Assembly (NCBI GenBank): GCA_023231475.1
Contig: JALJEE010001737.1
Location: forward strand, 62,001 to 106,865
DNA: 44,865 nt
Origin: Seison nebaliae
Lineage: Eukaryota
Direction: 5' to 3'
This document shows, piece after piece, positions 25,805-36,556 of the stretch. The notes beneath the pieces were generated by a model. It searched no databases and had not been told where the DNA came from. It saw nothing but the letters and a program-made list of their open reading frames with translations. Made by a program: the position numbers and the translations under genes. Every line of letters starts with the position of its first letter. Positions within the stretch are counted from its first letter, which is position 1.

Positions 25805-28492
25805 ATAAAACATCGACGGGAACATTTAACACACCAACGAACAGAAGTCGTCATCATCACCGAATTCCGCATGTTCCCGAAAAATATTTAGATGAGAATG
25901 GAGAATATTTCTTTCAAGCGAATGATTATCAGTGTGGAAAGAAGGTGAAAGCTCCACCAGATTTCTCAGTCAAACAAGTCGAATATAACGAGAAAGAAAC
26001 TTACGAGAACGAATATTTTTGTAAATTGTCACCAAGATCATACACAGTCGATTCACCCGATGGTTATCGTCATACGAAAGAGAATCAGTTGATTAATCGG
26101 AAATTGAACGAATTTACCGAACAGGCCAGTTCCCACTCTGGAAGTCGACATCATAGTCCACCTTTAAGATTGTTGGAAGATAATTCTTATTCGATTCAAA
26201 GAAAAGAAGAGACTTGTCTACCCCATCAACGAATATTTGTTGATACGAATAATCCTGCTGAATTATCATCCGCATATCATAACTATTACGATACTAATCA
26301 ATCTTCACCTTATCGTTGCACTCATTCCAAAGATTCAAAGGAAACTTTTCAATGGCAAGAAAATAGGAAACAAAACCACCGGCATCCTCAAAGATATTGT
26401 CCTTGTTCACCTCATCAATGTTGTTATGATCCATTCCGTTATCGATATGCATCTGAAGAATGCGAAAGACAATTTATAAGAAAGAGTCAAAAAACTGAGA
26501 AAGTTCATCATCCAAGATCGTCGTCCACGAAAGACGGTTATGATTTAAGAAAAGAAACGGTACGATCTCCTAATATTATTAATGAGATAAAGAAGAAAAG
26601 GAAAGCGAAAAAATATTATGAGTTACCATCAATTAAACGTCATTCTCCTGAAGAAACAGTAGACAAATCAGGCAAATCATCCAATCAACAACAACAAAAA
26701 GAACAACAACGACAATATATTTCCTATCAACCAAAAGAAGAAGGAGAATTTACAAATTATTACGACAAGAGACATCAAGTCTCTAAACAATCGTCGTCAC
26801 AGATAATTGAAAAGAGTAATAAAGAGAACCTTCTGTCTCATAGTGAAACTTCGAAAATAGAACAACTTCCGGAAAGACATTTCGCAGTAAGTGAAAAAAT
26901 TTCACAAAATTCTCTTACGTCATCTTCGTCATCATCTTCTTCGTCGTCATCAAGCAGTTCGTCGACAAGTTCTGACACCGAGAAATTAAAAAGGAAAAAT
27001 AGAAAATTAACATCGGAATCTTCCACATCATTATCATCATCAAATTCATCTTCCTCCTCTTCATCATCATCATCATCATCGTCACCTTCAACAAACACGT
27101 CATCGAATGTACATGAAGAGAAGCAACAATATATCATAGAGAAATCGAATTCGGAGAAGGATCCACATGAATTCTATCCACGTTCTCCTTCACCTTTGAG
27201 CAAGAATTATAAATCTCAAACTTCTTCATATTCTCAATTTTCTACAAAAGCTAGAGAACAACAAGCATCATCCTCTCAATCGTTAGATCGTCCTGACTCC
27301 AAAGCGAATAGTTATAAACGATTCGTAGAAGTAGTTCAATTGAAACCTCAATCACCATCCAGTAGTCATAGTATGTTGGAAGTAACAGATCCTACAACAA
27401 ATCAGGCACCAACACAAAGTAATCGAGGATCATTCACTCCCACCTCCGTTCCACCGACAGTTAACAGCGGGTTCATTTTTACACGTGAGGAGAAACAGTT
27501 GGAAGAAGAAGCAGAAAGAGGTAGCACTAAATACACAGAAATCGAGAAGGAAGAAAATCGTATAAATTATCATCATTATCGACCGAAAGAAATGGAGAAG
27601 AAAACATACGAGTATCATTTTAGCGAACCAGAAAGGAATGATAAAGATGACTTCTATCGAACACAGTCCAAAAGTTCAGGTCAAACATCTCACCAATCGT
27701 TGCAGGAGGAAAAAGAGAAAAATTACAGGAAAAATTATGATAAGAGAAACCAGCATGATTCCAACTATCAATACTTGCATCAAGCGAGTCATGATCCACC
27801 CTTGAGCTCTCCACTATCCGATTACAATGCTAATGCGTCATCGATGCATCCACTCACCAATCGACAACAGCAACAGCAAACACCGACAGGTAATGTCGAT
27901 GGTGATGGTTTTCATCATTCGCAAAGTAAAGGTAGTCGTTCAGCAGATAAAATAGAATATTCCAAGAATAAGGATAATATTACACAAGACACTAAATATG
28001 TGACTGAAAAAGAGGACGACGGTAATGTAATACATGAACAATTTATAGAACGTGATCCTGAGACTGGCGAATTGAGAAAAGTCTACAGAACGACAACTCG
28101 CGATCGAAAAGTTTTGACCAGTAAGAAAACTGATTGTGTCTTAACTTCAGATATGAATGTGATTGCTTCTAAATTTAAAGAATTATTTGGAGATCAGGAA
28201 CCTCCACCAGAAATCGCAAAATTCTTTGCTAATCAAAATCGTTCAACTACTCCCACTACAATTTACACGACTAAAACGGAAGATCCGAAAAGTAAGAAAA
28301 ATGAAGAAATCGTAGCTGGAAATACGACATTCACAACAATTCATACAAAACCCAAATATGGTGAAGCGAAGGAAACACAATCATATGATACGAGCAGTGA
28401 TTCAAGATCAACAACATCGTCGTCGTCGTCATCATCGTCGTCATCATCCTCCACCTCAACATCGACCAGTAGTAGTCAGAGTGGAAAGAAAC
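25805..28492 (+). CDS. Large internal Ser-rich disordered exon (2688 nt, phase 1-1)
   Basis: Within the 950-codon ORF. Acceptor TGATGCAG (25804) follows T-rich intron-like sequence; donor C|GTTCGT (28493) lies 6 codons before the ORF stop; poly-Ser tracts resemble those in the next exon. Confidence 0.65.
26918..27085 (+). repeat. TCA/TCG/TCT trinucleotide tracts encoding poly-Ser
   Basis: Degenerate TCN repeats in frame in the 950-codon ORF; similar tracts at about 28415-28475 and 29115-29183. Confidence 0.85.
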
Positions 28493-28920
28493 GTTCGTAT
28501 AAAACTTTTTGACCTCAATGTAAATTGATCTGAAGTAAATAATAGGAATTTTCTAAAAGTCTCATGAAAGTAATTCGAATCGTTTTTAATCCGGTATCAA
28601 CCGCAACTCTCCCACATATTTGTTGTTGTTAAAATTATCTTTATTATTATTCATTTATTCAATCGTATCTCTTGACAAGTGTTCTTGACGGACCCACATA
28701 ATTTACACTTTATTCATCTTTCTGTTCTAATATCGTCATCGGTAATTTTATGAGCACTGTCAACTCAACAGAACAATCATGTGGTTCGTCCAAACCACTA
28801 CGATTCCGACAAGAATTAGTTATCCGTTATCTATTATTATTTTTCTCATTTCATTTCAATCAATCATTATCCTTCTACTATTATTTGTTTAACTAATTTA
28901 TTTATTTTAATTTATTGCAG

Positions 28921-31549
28921 ATATACATCCGACAGTCCAACATGTCCTCGATACCCCGAAAATACCAAGAGGATATGAAATGTATCCTCATTACAAAGTT
29001 CCAACTCCAACTGCATTTTCAAAACGATTTGATGAAATCGAACGACTTCCCCAACATCGAAGTGCGTCTACACCTCCAATAAAAAATCGATTACAACAAC
29101 GAAGAAATTCCACTAGTTCATCTTCTTCAAGTTCATCATCATCGTCATCGTCATCGTCATCGTCGTCGTCATCATCTTCGTCCAATGCCACTACTAAACA
29201 CCGTAAGAAATCGACAAAACGAGATCAATCTCTCGATTCTCTTCATGGAACAGTTCGTTCCAATTGGGAAACATTATCACCGAAGAAGTATATGAATAAA
29301 TATCAGGATTTTTTTGTGGTAATCGCTATTGATTTTGGAACAACTATGAGCGGATATGCATTCGCCTTAACAAGAGATCCCAATACTATACATATGATGA
29401 GAAAATGGGACGGAGGAGATCCAGGATTAGTCAATCAGAAAATCCCAACTAATATATTATTGACACCGGACAGAAAATTCCATTCGTTTGGAACAACTGC
29501 TAGAGATTTCTATCATGATCTTGATGGAAAAGACGCTGCACAATATATCTATTTCGATAAATTTAAGATGCATTTACATTATTGTGAAGTTCTTGTTTTT
29601 TATAATAAATAAATAGTAATGATAATGAATTTTTCAGGATTTAAATGCTAATCTTCAGATACGTGCTGCGAATGGTAAATGGTATCCTGCCATGTTGGTC
29701 TTTACAGAAGCTTTACGCTTCTTCAAGGATAGGGCGTTACAAGAGATGTGCGATCAATCTTTGACTACCATTTGTATCGAAGACATTCGATGGGTTATCA
29801 CCGTACCTGCAATATGGAAACAACCTGCAAAGCAATTTATGCGTCAAGCGGCTTATAATGTTTTTTTTTCATATATTATTTCCTAATAAAAAATTATATT
29901 TTCAGGCCGGTATCGCATCTGTTAATAAGCCTCAACAATTATTGATAGCTTTGGAACCGGAAGCGGCAAGTATTTACGTCCGTCGATTACGAGAACATCA
30001 ATTGATGTCCGACGATCCTAATTCACTTTTAAGTCCAGATCAATCTGTGAGAATTCACAACGCCTCATTGCCAATACCATCACCGCGAACAGTAGGAGAA
30101 AACATTATTCCAGGTTAATAATGACATTATTAACATGTGATATTATTAAATGGTAAATATTTTGATTTAGGAACGAAATATATGGTGGTAGATTGTGGTG
30201 GTGGAACGGTGGACATAACTGTACATGAGATGAATGAAAACGGAACACTTATTGAAGTGAACAAAGCGAGTGGTGGACCTTATGGTTCAGCAAATGTAGA
30301 TGCGGAATTCGAATCATTGATGTGTGAAATATTCACTCCAGAATTCATGCAATCATTCAAGAATCGTCATCCAGTCAGTTATATTGATCTGATGGTTGCA
30401 TTTGAAGCAAGAAAACGGACAGCATCACCGTTGAGAACGAGTCCTTTGAATGTTTCATTACCAATCGCGTTTATTGATATGTATAAACAATTGAAAGTTT
30501 ATTCATTTTTCCTATTCCCAAATTTCAATTACTTTATATTGTTTAGGGATCTACTGTTGAACATGCTGTCAAGAAATATGGTTCCCCTCAAATCAAATGG
30601 TCATCACAAGGAATGTTACGATTCAATACAAGCATCATGCGAGATTTGTTCGCTCCTACAATCCACAATATCGTCAATATAATAGAGAAAATTGTTCATG
30701 AACCAAATGTGAAAAGTTTCCTCTTAAAATTATCTTAATTTCTACCCTAAAACTCTGGATAAAAGATTTGTCTTATATATTTTTAGTTGGTGGCTTTGCC
30801 GAATCACCAATGCTCCAACAAGCGATCAGAGAAAAATTCCAACCAAAAATTAGAGTAATCATTCCACAAGATGTGTCTTTGACAATTCTAAAAGGTTATT
30901 TAATTATTGGATAATGTGTTGTTCATTTTGAATGATTCTTTAAGGTGCTGTCCTATTTGGAATTGATCCGTCAGTCGTCATTGTTAGACGATCAAGATTG
31001 ACATATGGAGTGGGCGTATTAAATCGATTTAATGCCGCCACTCATCCCAATGATAAGAAAGTGGTGAAAGATGGTGTTGAATGGTGTACTGATGTATTCG
31101 ATAAATTCGTATGTACAGATCAGGAAGTTGCATTGGGCGAAACCGTTACTCGATCATATGTACCAGTACGAACGGATCAGACACAATGTGTAATCCATTT
31201 CTACTGTAGTGAATCAGCCGAACCGCAATTCATCACTGACGAATCGGTGCGACTTTGTGGATCGTTAACTGTCAGTTGGGATGAGAAATCATTGAAAAGG
31301 AAAAATGGTAAAGATAAAATACCGACATCATCATCATTGCAATTGATCGATAATAATAATAATATTATTGTAGAAGATGCTAAATATCGAAACACTTCGG
31401 AGATTGGTCAATCACTCTCCTCTGTTCTTAGAAGTCGTCGAGAAATTCGAGCTGAAGTTACTTTTGGTGATACCGAAATACATGTCAGTGCCATCGATTT
31501 ACTGACTGGAGAGAAAGTGAAGGCGTCAATCGATTTCCTCAATAAATAA
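28921..31549 (+). CDS. HSPA12: Heat shock 70 kDa protein 12 (HSPA12A/B family) core, 7 exons
   Basis: [114 protein letters not shown]. Exons 28921-29588, 29638-29859, 29906-30113, 30171-30496, 30547-30715, 30766-30894, 30945-31549. Confidence 0.95.
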
Positions 31550-33636
31550 TAAGTTAATGAAAGAAAGTTAAACAACCATTCATTTTCGATCATCTCTTTT
31601 CCGATATTCATCAATTTATTCTTCGATTTGAACCGTTATATTATCAATCGTTAAAAGGACATTCGGCAGATAGACACCTGTATCGTATTATAACTCAATC
31701 AGCATTCATTTATTATGAATATTTTATTCATATCAACGAAATTCAAATTTCGTAACTATTTTTTTCTCATGTAATTATGACTGATAATTATGTTTTCGTC
31801 ATCTCCTCTTAGATTAGCAGTAATCGGTTTTCTTTTCGTTTTTTTGCAAAATCTTTTAAAATCTCCGAATTCTTTTCAATTAAAGAATTCTCTGAACCTT
31901 ATTCCGTAACTATCAACAATATTCTATAACATTATTATTCTTTTCACAAAAAAAACCCATTATTATCATCAACAACATCAACAATAACAATACAAAAACA
32001 TAAGATGAATAATTTTCAAACAAAGATCGTAAAAAAAATTGAAAAATATTAAAATTTCTGCTTTCCGTTTTCCTTTCTTCTTTCGTAGCAACGTTGTTTT
32101 TCTTCAAAAAAAGCTTTGTTCGTCTCATTTCTTTCCTGTTCGATTAAATAAATTTATTCATTTGATTTTCTTACGGAAAAATATTCTAACTAACCAAATA
32201 ACTAACCTCGTTCTATGAGAACACTGGAGAGACGTACATTCATCATGATCATTCGATTTGAAGAAATTAATTTAAATTGAAATTAACACAATATCATAGC
32301 GCCATCAATGTAATATTAGTACTGAGGGAATCGGTAAAATGAACGGAATAAACAATAAATGATTACGAAAAGTTAGTGCAACTCGTCTAAACGACAGTGC
32401 AATTGGATCGAGCAACCTCAAAAGAACAACTACTTACTCTTCACAATGTGAACTATGAGAATTCTACTTCAAATCTAGAAAGTAGAAGAGAGTTTAGATG
32501 TTGCCGATGATGAATACGATCGATAAGTAGCGTTACTACATAATTTATGGACTATTTCTTTAATTACAAAGAATTTACATATACTGTTAGCGAAGAATAA
32601 CGAGAGAAATTAATCTTAAAGAAATTCTTTTATTTTGTTTGGTTTCCAATTTTATGCTATTGCCGATACCTAGGGCATTAGTCCTAACGTTATTCTCATC
32701 ATTAAGCAGGAACCAGATCATTATAACAGAAAGATCGAATCAGAGAGTCTGTCGATATCTATTTACCAACTCATAATTCTTCATGTCATGTTGTTTCGTT
32801 TTCGTGGATTTTTCAATGGATGGTGAGAGATTCACATTCAATTAACTCCAGTGCGGAATATTTAAACCAAATGGTAATATATCAGCCAAGCATAGTGTTG
32901 CCCTTCATAATAAATCGTTTTCAATAAACAATAATAAGTAATTAATTGTAGACAAGAAAGCAGTCTGAATTTCAGTTACTTATGGTAGCGAGTTTTAAAC
33001 ATGTTCGTCCATTTACGTAGTTATAGGTCCCAACTTCAAATTTTCTCTCATTCTTTTTTTACAATTCTTCTTCTTCAGCGCTGGATTCTGTTGCTCATAT
33101 TGCCATGTAGTTATGTTATGATTTCCTATATTATCATTTCCCCTCCACTACAACAACTACCTCTATGAACACACTTGAATACATGTGTGCACATATCCAT
33201 ATAAATGGTATGCACTTACAATTTTAATATCTATTTTCCAAGTCACTCAACGAACATGTCATATTAAGAGATTACTATTAAGTTGTTGCATATATAATTA
33301 GTGGAATTGCATATTTAGGAACTACGGATATGAAGCGAGACTGATTCCTGGAATTTACGTACGTTACTTTCAGCAAATGAATGAGAGCAAGTAATCGATT
33401 GCAATCGATTATTGACAACACCTATAACTGTCTTGGCTATTCTTTATTAAGTTGATTAAGAGAACAGACAAAAATAGAACGATCTGTTAAAGTTTTACAT
33501 AAACAATTATCACTATCGAAAACATTAAGTGAATTTAATGGTAATTTACTTAAGAAAAGTTTCCTTTCTATCATAACGAATCGTATAACTGCTTCCAATC
33601 AGACTTCATTACCTTCATAATCACCATTGAAAAGGA

Positions 33637-35768
33637 ATGATTGATCGAAATAATATTTCATTCATTCCCGTTGTTAACGAGGACAGGAAGAATCGGAAGT
33701 ATTCCTTCTTCCATCAACATACTCCAATTTTTTTGACAATTATTCTCTTCTTCCTCTGGTTGACGGTCATCATTTGTTTGTCCGTGTGGTTTAATGATAT
33801 TTATTTGAAGCAACATGATAATAAGAATGTTTGTCACATTTTATTTCCATCAAATAATTCACTAATCATAATTAGTATGCATTGGTATTTGATGCAGGTT
33901 CATCTAAGACACGAATTTATTTATACCAATGGCTAAAAGAAGACACAAACGAGAAACTCATTGATAATATAGAAAACTTGAAAATTATTACAGAAATCGA
34001 TAACTGCAAGGCAACTAGTTATTACATTTTTCACATTCTAACAATTTCTCAATTCAATCTCTCAAATAGAGAAAGGAATAGCCAATTATGTTGACGAAGA
34101 TCATTTGGAGGAAGCCATCGATGGAATAAAAGATTGTTTGAAAAAATTAGAAAAATCCATCCCCAATGAAAAGATATCGAGCACTTATATTATGTTCGCA
34201 GCAACAGCTGGAATGAGATTGTTATTGTTAGTAGAAGAAATTTACATAAACATTTTTCAAATTCATTTCAAAGAACATCTAATCGTGAAAGGGCTGAAAT
34301 TATCCTGATGAGATTGAGACAATTCTTTAAGGGATCACCATATCGCTACATCAGTAGTGATCAAGTGAAAATATTGACAGGTGACGATGAAGCATTTTAT
34401 GGATGGTTAGCAACAAATTACTATTTACAATCGTTAACAAAAGTTGCTAAATTATTGAAAAGATTTTTTATTGAATTTTTTTGTTGTAGAAAAATTCTTC
34501 GAAATTAGTCGGCTTTCTTGATCTTGGTGGTGCATCAACACAAATTAGTTATCCGTTACCTGAATCATATGATAATGAAAGTTAAATTTGTTAATTATAT
34601 TATGATGAATAATATGGAATTGTCTTTTGGAAATAACAGAAGGAATAAATCGAATAAATATGCTAAGGAACAATTTTAAACTTTACCTTTACAGTTATCT
34701 GTGTTATGGTGCGAATGAAGCATATTATCGATATTTAGACGAATTATTAAAAGTTAGAAAAATATTTCATCTCATAAAAAAATCATCTTATGATTATTGC
34801 AGTTACCAGAGAATGTGGAAAGTGAAATAATAAACGATTATTGTACTTTTAGAGATTATCCGAAACAGTCGATAAATTTACAACAATTGGTCAATACGCC
34901 ATGCACAAATATGCAGCAAATAAATGTTTATTTAGAATATTTTAAAATTTTTTCAATTCGTTTAAGTTGAAAAAGAAAAAATATGTTACACTAATTGGTG
35001 AAAGTAATATAAATAAATGTCAAGAAATTACAAAAAGATTATTCAATAACAATACTCCATTGTGTGATCCGGTGAGATTGATGAATGGCGACTCAATTAT
35101 CAATTCACCACAATCCAAGAATTGTCCTCTTCCCGCCCAATCGATCAGTAGTTTTCTGGATGAAAAAACTAAATTTTATGTTAGTTGTTGTTGTTCTTTT
35201 GTGAAAGAGTTTTTGAAATGTTTAGGCTGTTTCTTCCTTCTATTGGATATTTCATCGGATCGGTGGTCGATCTTATAAAGAAATGATCAGTAATGTTAAT
35301 CTTCTATGCGACAATCGCACATATCAATCGTCTTTCGTCCAAGTTCTACTTTATAATTCACATCAATTGATAATGAGAATTGAAAGAAAAAATTGACGGA
35401 CGAAATTTATAAACACAATATCTGTTTTCGTGCCATGTACGCCATCGAATTATTGAAGTCGTATGGTTTAGAGAAGAATTGGGAGAATATCATTTTCACA
35501 AAAAAGGTTAATTCATATTTTGTAATCGAATAGTATTTATTTCTGTAATTCGTAGTTGAACAAGAAAAATTTAGTTTGGACCGTCGGTTTCATGTTACAT
35601 CAATTGCAAGTATTGGAAGGATATTTGTACCAAGAAAGAATTTCATCGCCTGTTGTTCTCACTTGCATGTGTCTATTGGGAGTATGTATCATCTTGTTAA
35701 CGTTCCTTTTGGTGCATCGATATCGATCTGTCACTCAATCGAAGTATGAAGCAAATGCTAGAGAATAG
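33637..35768 (+). CDS. ENTPD: Ectonucleoside triphosphate diphosphohydrolase (CD39/GDA1 family NTPDase), 11 exons, two TM helices
   Basis: Apyrase conserved regions: VFDAGSSKTRIYLYQW, ATAGMRLL, ILTGDDEAFYGWLATNY, GFLDLGGASTQI, YSYLCYGANEA, WTVGFML. Hydrophobic helices at both ends; 10 GTT..AG introns (e.g. 33829-33875, 34018-34069, 34227-34273). Confidence 0.93.
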
Positions 35769-36336
35769 TTGAAAATCTGCCAGGAACTGTGTTGAAACAT
35801 TTAAATGAAATTGATTGTTGCTTCAATTTATTATTATTATTAAACTTTTCAACTCTTCTGAACTTGAGGTCCGATTTTTTATTTGGAAGACAAAATTTTT
35901 TTTCGAAATTATCTCAAATAAACTATGATAACTTTTTAGGCTTCGTTCCGATGGAATCGTAAAATTTTCGATAAAGTTAACAATTGAGAAAAGACAAGTG
36001 TAAGAGAGGAGTAATGATGGATTTAATGTTATGAATAAATGTAGAAGAATTGTTTGTATACAGCCATTCTCCAAGTTGCTATATGTATAGCTTCGAGTAT
36101 AAATAAGGTAGAAGAAATAGAAGTATAATTAAATTAGGTGTCTTGTGTGAAATGATTAAGAGGAACTTTAAGTCATATGGATGAGGAAGACAAAGGTGTT
36201 TTGGAGGAAAGAATGTATGTTGAATGATGATGATGCTCAGATAAAATGAGATCGTATAATCGACATAATGGAATCGGAAAGAAGAAAGGAAGAAGAAATA
36301 AAATAAATTTGGAGAGGATGGTATAAAATAATTTGA

Positions 36337-36525
36337 TTAATATGGAAACTGAATGTAAGGTATGGTACTCATGTAGCAAACGGGAGAGAAGTAGTAGTTG
36401 TCCATCATAAATGATGAGGCTTGGAAGAATGGTCTGTACATATTGAAATTGTTTGTTTGTTGGAATTGTTGTTGCTGCTCTTGTTGAGATAAATATTCGG
36501 TAGTATATTGTTGAAATGTTTGGTT

Positions 36526-36556
<31 letters not shown>

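Noticed and set aside
26838..29191. Antisense ORFs with poly-Asp/Glu or poly-Met (26838-27137, 26915-27103, 28991-29191)
   Set aside because: They are reverse-complement shadows of poly-Ser TCA/TCG tracts on the coding strand.
29589..30944. Mini-introns as copies of an introner-like transposon
   Set aside because: They share length and GTT but no internal similarity, terminal inverted repeats or target duplications that I can see.
7052..35768. Frequent in-frame stops and frameshifts suggesting pseudogenes or an alternative genetic code
   Set aside because: Each break coincides with an AT-rich GT..AG segment whose removal restores the frame; long ORFs translate normally with the standard code.
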